From an uncultured virus (IMG/VR IMGVR_UViG_3300015607_003164) (lineage: Duplodnaviria; Heunggongvirae; Uroviricota; Caudoviricetes), in the IMG/VR virus record IMGVR_UViG_3300015607_003164: a stretch of 63,252 bases of DNA. One strand, given 5' to 3'. Shown piece by piece: positions 9,824-18,324 of the stretch. The position numbers were made by a program, and so were the translations under genes. The notes under the pieces were generated by a model that searched no databases, was not told the DNA's origin, and saw only the letters and a program-made list of their open reading frames with translations. The number at the start of each line of letters is the position of its first letter. Position 1 is the first letter of the stretch.

Positions 9824-10317
9824 TGAATAATATTAACCTACACGGCAGACTTCCTGAAGACCTACCTGACAAAGAAACAGTAGATGATATTCTACTGGAA
9901 CTTAAAGACACTAATAAGTTTGATGTTAGATGGGTTCATCTAAACGGTCAAGCCTGGCGTGCTCATAATAAAGTATTTGATAACTTTGTAGAAAAAGGTC
10001 AAATCAGCATAATGAAGTGTGATCCAATACCTACGTTTGATATGCCTAATGATTGGTGGCTTGAAGGTGCGCCTATACAAACTATGAAGTTCAAAGAAAT
10101 AAGATATGATATCCTTAGACATCCTATCAGAATAACAGCTCAATATAAACCAGGTATCCTATCATTAAATAAGTCAGCCCCAGAAATACTTGAAACAGTT
10201 AAAGAAACTTATCTAAGACTTAAAGATTATATAGGTCCAGATATTATTCAAGACCAAATTGAACTAGCAGACTTCTCTATTGATTTTATGATTAGTTCTT
10301 GTAGATTAATTAAATAA
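9823..10317 (+). CDS. DILLE-family protein lacking the N-tag
   Basis: VDDILLELKD...RLKDY. Confidence 0.75.
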   Translation: MNNINLHGRLPEDLPDKETVDDILLELKDTNKFDVRWVHLNGQAWRAHNKVFDNFVEKGQISIMKCDPIPTFDMPNDWWLEGAPIQTMKFKEIRYDILRHPIRITAQYKPGILSLNKSAPEILETVKETYLRLKDYIGPDIIQDQIELADFSIDFMISSCRLIK

Positions 10318-10334
10318 TTATTCGTATCTTTGTA

Positions 10335-10492
10335 TGAATAATGTTGAGCTTACTCAACACCTTATGTGAGAATAAGGATTAAAGCAAACATGATCTCACC
10401 TCTCTGTTTGTTTCGCCTGGTATTGAGCGAGCGTGAGTGCGAAAGCCTTCACAACCTTCGGGTTCCGAATAAGGGCGAATCAATACTTTTTT
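10335..10492 (+). ncRNA. Candidate multi-hairpin pseudoknotted RNA
   Basis: Seven or more complementary segments, GAAA and C(UUCG)G loops, promoter at 10325, T-run at end. Confidence 0.7.
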
Positions 10493-10502
10493 ACTTGTAA
10501 CT

Positions 10503-10763
10503 ATGATTGTATTCAACACCATAAAAAAAGCCGAACATTACGTCAAGTTCTGTAATAAGACTAAAGACTATTATAATGATGGCTATGATTGGTCTGAACA
10601 ATGTACCTATATAGATGGCAACTTAGTTAAAATAAGAAATGCCGGTGATGGCTGTGGTTGCGGCTGTGATATGCATCTTTATAATTACACCACAGTAATA
10701 GGCAGAATTAAAGCCTATGATCAGAAAACAATAAGACACCAAAAGTTAAAGAATATACTTTAA
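10503..10763 (+). CDS. Hypothetical protein (GCGCGC motif), C-terminal tag RHQKLKNIL
   Basis: ORF. Confidence 0.8.
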   Translation: MIVFNTIKKAEHYVKFCNKTKDYYNDGYDWSEQCTYIDGNLVKIRNAGDGCGCGCDMHLYNYTTVIGRIKAYDQKTIRHQKLKNIL

Positions 10764-10805
10764 ACTTTAATTCCATATTAATAATAAAAGAATTATATTT
10801 GTTTA

Positions 10806-11096
10806 ATGAATCAAATGCTTATTATATTAGGTGTCTTCACCTTAGTAGTTATCGTCGCCACTATATGGGCCATATCTAAACTATCAAAAGCTGAAAAGCA
10901 ATTAAAAGCCGAAGGACCTAAAGTAGAATATACTTTAGATGATGTTGTTAAAGCCGCTCAATATGGATTTACCTACAGAGGTGAAAGCCAAAACGATGGT
11001 AAAGAAATTCCAGTTGGTAATGTATTACAATGGCTAATGCACAGAAAGTCTTTAATTAATGTACCTAAAGAATTCCAAGATTATAAATCAAATTAA
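10806..11096 (+). CDS. Membrane-anchored hypothetical protein
   Basis: N-terminal TM helix. Confidence 0.8.
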   Translation: MNQMLIILGVFTLVVIVATIWAISKLSKAEKQLKAEGPKVEYTLDDVVKAAQYGFTYRGESQNDGKEIPVGNVLQWLMHRKSLINVPKEFQDYKSN

Positions 11097-11100
11097 AATT

Positions 11101-11544
11101 ATGTATAGAATCATCTTATTACTTACCATCTTATTGGCTTCTTGCGGACAACCAATCACACACGAAGAAGAAACTAGATTACAAAACTCTATTATCACTT
11201 TAAATAAACTAGAGTCAGAAGCACACGATAACCTAAATAAAGCCACCACTTACTTAGATAAAAAGTACCAAGAGTCTAAAGACTTAGACGAGGCTATTGC
11301 CGAAAAGAAACAAGTACTAAACATCTTAGACAAAGGTCGTAAGCCTATCTATATTATAAAGCTGAGGTTCCAAGAACATAAAATGGAATTATCACTTGAT
11401 AGAATCTCATTTGAGTTTGAAGTTCCTGTAGATGAACAATTCTATAATGAGGTTAAAGTAGGCGAACAACTAGCAAAAGGCTCAAGAAACTTTAGTCTAT
11501 TCCATAGTGGTGATATTAAAATCATTTCAAAACGTATTCAGTAA
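11101..11544 (+). CDS. Putative lipoprotein with coiled coil
   Basis: MYRIILLLTILLASC lipobox from ATG 11101. Confidence 0.75.
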   Translation: MYRIILLLTILLASCGQPITHEEETRLQNSIITLNKLESEAHDNLNKATTYLDKKYQESKDLDEAIAEKKQVLNILDKGRKPIYIIKLRFQEHKMELSLDRISFEFEVPVDEQFYNEVKVGEQLAKGSRNFSLFHSGDIKIISKRIQ

Positions 11545-11545
11545 C

Positions 11546-11572
11546 TACAAAAATCCGCAACAGTTTTTTGTA
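11546..11572. repeat. 27-bp TACA-N19-TGTA element, copy 2
   Basis: TACAAAAATCCGCAACAGTTTTTTGTA. Confidence 0.75.
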
Positions 11573-11612
11573 ATACCAACCTATTTCCTTATCTTTGTAT
11601 AAATCACTACAA

Positions 11613-11765
11613 ATGAAACTCAATATCTACCGTTTAGATTATAAAAACCCTACCGAAATAAATTTCCAATTCAATACATTCTGGGGTAATAAAACCACCG
11701 GTGATGTAAATGAAACAGCAATCAAACGCAGAGATAAAGTAATCAATAAAATAAAGACACTATAA
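11613..11765 (+). CDS. 50-aa hypothetical protein (not in ORF track)
   Basis: MKLNIYRLDYKNP...RRDKVINKIKTL after promoter 11590. Confidence 0.65.
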   Translation: MKLNIYRLDYKNPTEINFQFNTFWGNKTTGDVNETAIKRRDKVINKIKTL

Positions 11766-11768
11766 TAT

Positions 11769-11918
11769 ATGGGATGCCATACTTGGTTCAGAAAACCTTT
11801 AGTTAAAGGTACTGATAACGTTAAAAAACACCTCTTACAAGAATTAGAAACCCACCGTCAAAAAGATTGGTGGAATGAAGATTGTGAAGCCGAAGTTCCG
11901 CTTCGCCTACAAGCTATT
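11769..11918 (+). pseudogene. 5' part of split gene MGCHTWF...LRLQAI
   Basis: Composition changes abruptly at 11919; can be joined in frame to 12625-12939. Confidence 0.65.
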
Positions 11919-12624
11919 TGCAGCCGTTATACACAATACTACATCAGTGCTCCAATTATAGTTCTGTGTAAAAAACTTTTTAAAAATTTCCCTACCTTTT
12001 TAAATTATTCTTTTCATAATCAAATAGTCTTTTCGCTATTTCATCCGCACCCATTTTGTCTCTTACATTATCAATGAACTTTCTATGAATATCCATTAAT
12101 TCAGTCGCTCTTTCATCTGTTTTAGAAACTTTACCGTATATTGTCCCTTCCAAGTATCTTTTCAATTCATACTTGATTTCATCATCAAACGCAATTTTTG
12201 ATGTATTTTCATTGACATTCTTTTCAATATACAAATCAGGTTCTTTTCTACTAATCCAATTATTTATCTCAATTTCGTTAATATCATACCCATACCATTC
12301 AGGTAATTTAACATCCCATTTGTTTTCAATTTTATCAACCCTACCTTTATTATCAAAGTGTATTCTGATAAAAAACAAATCGTTCTTTTTAGATTTAATT
12401 GTTATTGGTTGTTTAACGACAACTTCTTCATTCAAGAATTGTTTCCAGTTCTTTACTCTATCTATTTGTTCTCTCATTTCTTATAATTTTTTATTTTATA
12501 TATAAATATTAAGTTTTTAAAAAAATTCACCCTTCTTTTTTCTTTTAAAATTTTTGTTCAGTTCTCCGATTAAACATTCTACCTTANNCAAGGTGTATAA
12601 GAAAGTTTGCCATCAACAGTTGTG
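11919..12624. mobile_element. Foreign single-gene insert (cassette-like, or assembly chimera)
   Basis: Interrupts a gene; TTATACAC/GTGTATAA inverted ends; contains NN. Confidence 0.45.
11992..12477 (-). CDS. Hypothetical protein carried on the insert
   Basis: 161-aa ORF starting MREQIDRVKNWKQFLNE. Confidence 0.8.
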   Translation of the reverse strand: MREQIDRVKNWKQFLNEEVVVKQPITIKSKKNDLFFIRIHFDNKGRVDKIENKWDVKLPEWYGYDINEIEINNWISRKEPDLYIEKNVNENTSKIAFDDEIKYELKRYLEGTIYGKVSKTDERATELMDIHRKFIDNVRDKMGADEIAKRLFDYEKNNLKR

Positions 12625-12939
12625 GAAAATATGTCACCTGACATGGACGAAGACCTAGAAGAATACCTGGGTATTAACGACCATGTAACCTTTATAGATG
12701 GTGAGCCTATTATCTTTACCAGATATGAGAATGATAGTGACGAACCACGAATCGGTGGATACCCAGATACAATCATCCGCTCAGCAGATGAAATGTTTAA
12801 AGCTATGCAGACAGGTCTAACCAACTGGGAAAACAAACACTTCCACTTTCGCTGGGAAAAAGAAAGAGAAGAACATATTAAGAACCATATTATAACCTTC
12901 TTCCAAAAGTACCCAGATGGTATCATAGAATTTGGATAA
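12625..12939 (+). pseudogene. 3' part of split gene (ENMSPDMDEDLEE...GIIEFG)
   Basis: Composition matches the 11769-11918 flank. Confidence 0.65.
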
Positions 12940-12980
12940 TCACCTATTTATCCTTATATTTGTAGTCTAAACCACTACAA

Positions 12981-13433
12981 ATGAAGATTCCTTACACAGC
13001 AACATCACAAGCCATCAAAGGTTACTCCGACTCACCTCTTGCTAAATCTGAAACTAGAGACTGCGTTGTTAGAGCCATCGCCTCTGCCTTTGACCTTGAA
13101 TATGATAAAGCTCATAAATGGGTAGCCACCACCTTTAACCGCAAACCAAGAAAAGGTACCTACGGTTTCCCAATCGGCATGAATAAAATGTCTGATGATA
13201 AAACCCGTATGAACTATAAACGTACCAAAACGATTGATGCTAAACACCTAACCACTAATAACGGTAAGAGTAAAATGACAGTAGGTACGTTTGCTAAACT
13301 ATATGACAAAGGAACTTATATCCTAAGAGTGGCTGGTCACGCTTTCACCATTAAAGACGGCACAGTTATCGGTAACCCTAATGACGCAGACCAAGTAAGA
13401 AAGATTATTAAAAACGCTTGGAAAATATCTTAA
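12981..13433 (+). CDS. Phage hypothetical protein (DCVVRAIA...GHAFTIKDG)
   Basis: ORF after TATATTTG; Cys/His pair suggests a papain-like fold. Confidence 0.8.
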   Translation: MKIPYTATSQAIKGYSDSPLAKSETRDCVVRAIASAFDLEYDKAHKWVATTFNRKPRKGTYGFPIGMNKMSDDKTRMNYKRTKTIDAKHLTTNNGKSKMTVGTFAKLYDKGTYILRVAGHAFTIKDGTVIGNPNDADQVRKIIKNAWKIS

Positions 13434-13501
13434 TACAAAAATCCGTAGCACTTTCCTGTACATCATAAATTAGATACAAAAAAGTGCTACGGATTTCTGT
13501 T
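13434..13501. repeat. Two inverted copies (3 and 4) of the 27-bp element
   Basis: 13434-13460 TACAAAAATCCGTAGCACTTTCCTGTA; 13475-13501 TACAAAAAAGTGCTACGGATTTCTGTT. Confidence 0.85.
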
Positions 13502-13510
13502 TAATAACCT

Positions 13511-13579
13511 TTACGGTCTTTGAGGGTATATACCATCACCCACACAAATGTAAGACTCTAAGAAAGGTAAGCCACCAGG
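13511..13579 (-). pseudogene. C-terminal piece of split tail-collar gene
   Basis: PGGLPFLESYICVGDGIYPQRP*, the usual end of tail-collar/MdpB-like proteins. Confidence 0.75.
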
Positions 13580-13667
13580 AAATGTAAAAGAGAACGTAGA
13601 TAAAGCAACTGCTGATGATATCGCAGCTAAACTAAAAGAAGCAGGTGCTGAAGTAGAAATCGTTTAA
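13575..13667 (+). pseudogene. rplL: 3' fragment of ribosomal protein L7/L12
   Basis: PGNVKENVDKATADDIAAKLKEAGAEVEIV*. Confidence 0.85.
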
Positions 13668-13690
13668 TCTAAATCAAAATTTAGTTCAAT

Positions 13691-13725
13691 AAAAAAACTG
13701 CTCAACTTATTGGGCAGTTTTTTTT
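13691..13725 (+). terminator. Intrinsic terminator after rplL fragment
   Basis: AAAAAAACTGCTCAA-CTTA-TTGGGCAGTTTTTTTT. Confidence 0.8.
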
Positions 13726-14076
13726 ATTGTTGTTTATTCTCAATTAAGATAAAAAAAATAACCGGTACCCCCTAAATAAATTTTCCCTTATACACAATGG
13801 ATTATATAATTAAAATTTCATACTTTATTAATCCCCTACTGTAATTGAATTACATTATATTTTTTTTAAAATTTCTAATGTGCAATTAGGAGTTTTATCT
13901 GATTAAATACTAAAATCAAGTTGCCGGATAAATTAATGATTCTCTAATTTATTTTGGATTAAATAAGACTTTTTTCTAATTATAAAAGAGAAAAAATAAT
14001 CTTATCAGAATAAATTTTAAAAAAGTAAAGTTCTATTGAATTAAAGAAACTCAATTATTGAAAAACTACAAAATAA

Positions 14077-14757
14077 TTATTGAATTACTCTTCCGCCACC
14101 CACAAAATATTTATTCCAGTAGTCACTTGTTAAATTTGCGATAGAAACTCCTTTGCTACTTGCTGAATGAACGAAAAAGCTATTTTTTAAATAAACTCCA
14201 ACATGCGTAATTTGAGATGAGTTTATTTTAAAGAAAACCAAATCTCCTTCTTTTAAATCATTGATATTTTTTATAAAATTAGTTTCCGTAAATTGCATTC
14301 TTGCAGTGCGTAATAAGTTTAAGCCAAATACATACTGGTAAAGAGTTTGGACAAATGCACTACAATCAATACCTGTTTTACTCGTTCCTCCCATTCTGTA
14401 TTTAACACCACTCCATTCATCAATAAAACGATATAACATCACATTTGTAATTTGATTTGGCAACACCTTCAATACAGTTGCATATTTATCTTGAATCCAA
14501 TTTAAAACACTTTCACCAAACTTCTCTTGAGATTTTACATTTTCTACTTTATGCAAGTCTTTTGACTCTATTATTGGTGATTTTGTAACAATAGTTGGTT
14601 TGGTTGATACTGGCATAGGTAAATAACTTTGAACAAATTCAACAGGTGTTTCTGTTGAAGTTGTCTCAACTTCAGTTTCAATATTTTGAGCTTTAATAAC
14701 AAAGGAAAATAATATTCCAATGATGAATAGGAATGAAAATTTGATATTAAAAATCAT
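14077..14757 (-). CDS. NlpC/P60 (C40) peptidoglycan peptidase, bacterial type
   Basis: Signal peptide; YRMGG..GIDCSAF..GDLVFF..HVGVY..FVHS. Confidence 0.9.
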   Translation of the reverse strand: MIFNIKFSFLFIIGILFSFVIKAQNIETEVETTSTETPVEFVQSYLPMPVSTKPTIVTKSPIIESKDLHKVENVKSQEKFGESVLNWIQDKYATVLKVLPNQITNVMLYRFIDEWSGVKYRMGGTSKTGIDCSAFVQTLYQYVFGLNLLRTARMQFTETNFIKNINDLKEGDLVFFKINSSQITHVGVYLKNSFFVHSASSKGVSIANLTSDYWNKYFVGGGRVIQ

Positions 14758-14793
14758 AAAGTAAATAAAGTATTTAATAGTGTATGCGCAATT

Positions 14794-15014
14794 GACATCT
14801 TCTCACCGTGACGATAATAAGTACCATCAGCCTTCTTAACCCTTAAATCAGGTAGATTAAAAGTAGTTTTACCATCACCACCAAACTGATTACCTAATAA
14901 AGAATAAACAGCTGAATACTGAGTAATTGAATATAATTGACCATGACATACATACCAACCCTTAGGCGCAAAGTTAAAACTAAACTGAAAAATCGAACCA
15001 ATATAACAATCCAT
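14794..15014 (-). pseudogene. N-terminal piece of split phage tail-collar domain gene
   Basis: YIGSI..FNFAPKGW..CHGQL..SLLGNQFGGDGKTTFNLPDLR. Confidence 0.8.
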
Positions 15015-15328
15015 AAATACAATTTCTTTTTAGTGAGCAATTGCTCATAGTGTATATATCTTCAGCGCCATTCTCTTAGGTGAGTGAGAGCAAATCTGAT
15101 GCATGTGGATAAGTTTATTTGCTTTTGTCAAGTTGTCAAAAAGGCTGTCAGTAAGGTAAAAAACCAGCCACAAAAACGACCCTCTTGAAACGTAAGCGGG
15201 GTGCGACTTTCAGACGATGATGTATATACAAATAAGTACAGAAGAGAGGGTTTTGACAGATGCTGATAAGCGTGAATAGGATCAACACAAAATTATACAA
15301 AAAAACGCTACGGATTTCTGTATGCTTT
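15015..15328. other. Candidate replication origin region
   Basis: Noncoding; C-rich to G-rich strand switch; TGTGGATAA at 15104-15112; 27-bp element. Confidence 0.4.
15296..15322. repeat. 27-bp TACA-N19-TGTA element, copy 5
   Basis: TACAAAAAAACGCTACGGATTTCTGTA. Confidence 0.8.
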
Positions 15329-15526
15329 TCATACTCCGACAAAATCCTTGAATTTTGACCAAATACTCTTTTTTAAGATTTTCTTTAATTTTGCTTCCCT
15401 TAGATTGTTCTTTGCTTCAATTTGACAATCATCACATAGTAGTAAATAACAAGGTACCTTAGCAGATATCTTTCGAGTATCTATGTCTATCATTCGATGG
15501 CAACTTTGACAAGGTATAGCAATCAT
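15329..15526 (-). CDS. Small Zn-finger protein with sub-terminal tag REAKLKKIL
   Basis: CQSC...CDDC. Confidence 0.75.
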   Translation of the reverse strand: MIAIPCQSCHRMIDIDTRKISAKVPCYLLLCDDCQIEAKNNLREAKLKKILKKSIWSKFKDFVGV

Positions 15527-15527
15527 C

Positions 15528-16016
15528 TTATTTGCCTAATTTATCTTTATCAGATATAGTTATATTTACTTCTAATTCTCTTAGCATAGTTTCTATCACC
15601 TCTCTGACAGAATCTACTTCACTCCATACAATAGAGTGTTCTGAATCGGGATTATATTCACCTTTAACCATATAAGTAACGATAGTATTATCTTCGAGTG
15701 TTAAGAAGCCGTGAGCCATGTTATCAGGAACTAAGATGGCTTTATTATCATCGATAACAAAGTATTGTAGTTCTTTAGTATCTAAGTTGTATAAGAAGTC
15801 GATAATACTACCTTGTATTACTTTGACGTATTTAGTTTGTGGTGGATTAGTTTGGTAGTGTAAGCCTCTGAATGTGCCTTTATGTGTATTAACAGAGATA
15901 GAGCATTGGTCCCATTGTATATCTAATTGATTAGTTAGTATGGGTGTGTATGAACCTCTATTATCTTTGAATGTTTTATGTTCTATTGGTTTCATATCAC
16001 CAGTCATCTGTTTCAT
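15528..16016 (-). CDS. rmlC: dTDP-4-dehydrorhamnose 3,5-epimerase
   Basis: FKDNRG, GTFRGLHYQ, QTKYVKVIQG, AHGFLTL. Confidence 0.9.
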   Translation of the reverse strand: MKQMTGDMKPIEHKTFKDNRGSYTPILTNQLDIQWDQCSISVNTHKGTFRGLHYQTNPPQTKYVKVIQGSIIDFLYNLDTKELQYFVIDDNKAILVPDNMAHGFLTLEDNTIVTYMVKGEYNPDSEHSIVWSEVDSVREVIETMLRELEVNITISDKDKLGK

Positions 16017-16264
16017 TGTTCGTCATCATAATAGTTTTCATCATCAAATGGTTTATTATCCCATTCTTCTCTTTCAGTGAATTCGTTTATATCGGGTATT
16101 ATTATGTAAATAAATACTTTATTATGTTCTTTAATAAGACGTAGGTCACCGTAGTATGAGTATTCATCTTCTGCTTTCTTTTTCCAGTAGTCGTATATTT
16201 TATCGAAGTGTTTATTAAATAGAGAGGCTTTTTCCCATCCTATTTTTCTAACTTTATCCGCCAT
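16013..16264 (-). CDS. Hypothetical protein
   Basis: ORF overlapping the rmlC start. Confidence 0.75.
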   Translation of the reverse strand: MADKVRKIGWEKASLFNKHFDKIYDYWKKKAEDEYSYYGDLRLIKEHNKVFIYIIIPDINEFTEREEWDNKPFDDENYYDDEQ

Positions 16265-16524
16265 TTATTATATGGTTTATTTTTACTTGTCTTATGTTTA
16301 TGATTATCTCTTGTATAAGTTGTTCAGTTTCTTTAGGTGAATGGCTAACAGATTTAGGATTTAATCTATATTCTTGATGGTTATTAAGAGTATCATTTAT
16401 TATTATTGTAGGAGCCATTGTTTTACTATCGTATTCTGTTTTGATGGTGAAACGAGGTTTATATCAGTTAGTTTTTCGTGTTCGATCATAAATTTTATAT
16501 GAAAGAATTTATATATAGTTTTAT

Positions 16525-16800
16525 ATGTGGGAAAGATTGCTTATAAATATAAAGATTAGTAATTTATCGTGTAAGATAAAAGCTTTAGAGAAGGAGATAT
16601 TAGATTATCGTAATGAGGCTAAGTTAGTCAATGATTTATATTATTGTGGTAGGGGAGATTTAAATGGTTTTACTGAAGAGTGGTGTAATTACTTATACTG
16701 GAAGATTGCTGCTTGTCAGAGGTTAATTGATATGTATGGTAAGAAGTTAGATAAGTTAGATGGTGTGGTGGGTCGAAATTCTAGCGGGAAAAAATTTTAG
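16525..16800 (+). CDS. Hypothetical protein
   Basis: ORF. Confidence 0.65.
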   Translation: MWERLLINIKISNLSCKIKALEKEILDYRNEAKLVNDLYYCGRGDLNGFTEEWCNYLYWKIAACQRLIDMYGKKLDKLDGVVGRNSSGKKF

Positions 16801-16852
16801 GCTAACGCCGGAAAAATTTTTAAAAACTGACGGCAAAAATTTTTTAAACTGA
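16785..16852. repeat. Three imperfect tandem CGG-AAAAATTTT units
   Basis: CGGGAAAAAATTTTAGGCTAA / CGCCGGAAAAATTTTTAAAAACTGA / CGGCAAAAATTTTTTAAACTGA. Confidence 0.65.
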
Positions 16853-16897
16853 GGACATCAGAACTTATATAATATATAAGATATAATATAAATAATT

Positions 16898-17146
16898 ATG
16901 AAACTTGTATCAAGGTTAATATCAATAATTAAGAATCTTAGGAAAAAGGTAATAGAGCCAAAGTTAGGTGATTGGGTTGTTTCTAATAAGAATGTTTATG
17001 GTGCTTATCATCATTGTAAAATAACTCGTATTTATTATCGTAATCATGAATGGCATTCAGTTGAAAAGTTTTGTCAATTAAAGTTTGATGTTGCTGGTCA
17101 AGTAAAAACAATTAATGTTCCTTTTAAATCTTGTAGGTTATTATGA
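16898..17146 (+). CDS. Hypothetical protein
   Basis: ORF. Confidence 0.75.
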   Translation: MKLVSRLISIIKNLRKKVIEPKLGDWVVSNKNVYGAYHHCKITRIYYRNHEWHSVEKFCQLKFDVAGQVKTINVPFKSCRLL

Positions 17147-17439
17147 CTATCTATTATTTAGAGGTTATAAAAGATGGGCTTAGTATTTGTTTAGATACAG
17201 ATGTTAGGTATTATCACTTTTTTGAATTAGGTGATATTATAAAGATTCATATGTATTCTGATAAAGGACCTAAAGTTGTATTTGGTGATCGTGTTGAGTA
17301 TGATGCCGAATTTACAAAAGATTGGGATAAAACAAATAGTGTTAGGCTAACGATTGTTGGTTGTATCAGTAAAGGTTATTTAGTAGATATAACTAATATG
17401 GTTCATCGTCAAGAAAAATTGGCACAATTAGGTATATGA
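17143..17439 (+). CDS. Hypothetical protein, tag RQEKLAQLGI
   Basis: ORF. Confidence 0.8.
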   Translation: MTIYYLEVIKDGLSICLDTDVRYYHFFELGDIIKIHMYSDKGPKVVFGDRVEYDAEFTKDWDKTNSVRLTIVGCISKGYLVDITNMVHRQEKLAQLGI

Positions 17440-17551
17440 GACGTTTAATTCAAAAGTTATTCTTTTTCTTTTCTTTTTTCAAATTCAAGAAAAAACGCAA
17501 AAGCATCTGGGATTTATAAAAATAATCCTTATCTTTGTCTATATTCATAAT

Positions 17552-18040
17552 ATGGACTTAATCTATAAAATTTACTCAGTTTATTTATACGACAATGGGT
17601 TAGCACATGACTGGGTGTTTTTCTATAATCGCACGAAAGGTTTTACTGGTGAAGTAAAGTGGGATGCGCCATATACAATGTTTGGTTCATCTAGTTTTTG
17701 TGCTAATAATCAGATATTTAATATGGATAAGTCACAACCGGATTTCAATGAAATGTCGGTTCGTGTTATGAAGTCAGCAGCGCAATCAGAAGGCATTGAT
17801 TTGATAAGAGTAAAAGACTTTCTTATTTTAGAAAAGATTGGTACTACTCATATGCCTAATTATAATGCTTATCAGATTTTGTGGAATGAAACTAAATCTG
17901 GTTTTAATCCTCATCAATTTGAGGTGATGGGTGTTTGGAGAGAAGGTAGTTCTCAGTATTCATCTTATCGTATTTGGGAAGAGGTGGCAGAGCGTGAGAA
18001 AACTATTCGTGATAATAAACTAAAATTGTTGGGAGTATGA
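17552..18040 (+). CDS. Hypothetical protein, tag RDNKLKLLGV
   Basis: ORF after TATCTTTG 17530. Confidence 0.85.
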   Translation: MDLIYKIYSVYLYDNGLAHDWVFFYNRTKGFTGEVKWDAPYTMFGSSSFCANNQIFNMDKSQPDFNEMSVRVMKSAAQSEGIDLIRVKDFLILEKIGTTHMPNYNAYQILWNETKSGFNPHQFEVMGVWREGSSQYSSYRIWEEVAEREKTIRDNKLKLLGV

Positions 18041-18324
18041 CACAGATTAATCCAGTAGAAGGTAGTGGTTTTTATCTAACAATAGTTGATAAAGATTTTA
18101 AATACATTCGATGTAATAAAGATTATCAGAACAAGTTTGCTAATGGTTTAACCTATCGTTATAAGTTTAGTGAGCATAATGAAACAGGTATTGGTGTTTA
18201 TGTTGTTTATACTAACAATGAGATACCAGAGGCTCACAGTTATTTTACTAAGAAATCATTGGCTGAGTATTTTGATGTGACAGCAATATTTAGAGAAGAG
18301 AAATTAAATATTTTAGGAATATGA
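18037..18324 (+). CDS. Hypothetical protein, tag REEKLNILGI
   Basis: ATGA-coupled ORF. Confidence 0.8.
   Translation: MTQINPVEGSGFYLTIVDKDFKYIRCNKDYQNKFANGLTYRYKFSEHNETGIGVYVVYTNNEIPEAHSYFTKKSLAEYFDVTAIFREEKLNILGI

Noticed and set aside
10335..10492. tmRNA, tRNA or HDV-like ribozyme identity for the structured RNA
   Set aside because: No acceptor stem or T-arm, no tag frame ending in Ala-Ala, and the helix order does not fit the HDV fold.
13575..13667. Functional phage-encoded L7/L12
   Set aside because: Only the last 30 codons are present, with no start.
1207..15322. 27-bp repeats as a CRISPR array
   Set aside because: Dispersed, in mixed orientation, no regular spacers, no cas genes.
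15148..15342. 64-aa minus ORF
   Set aside because: Runs through the 27-bp element and the atypical noncoding gap; no protein-like features.
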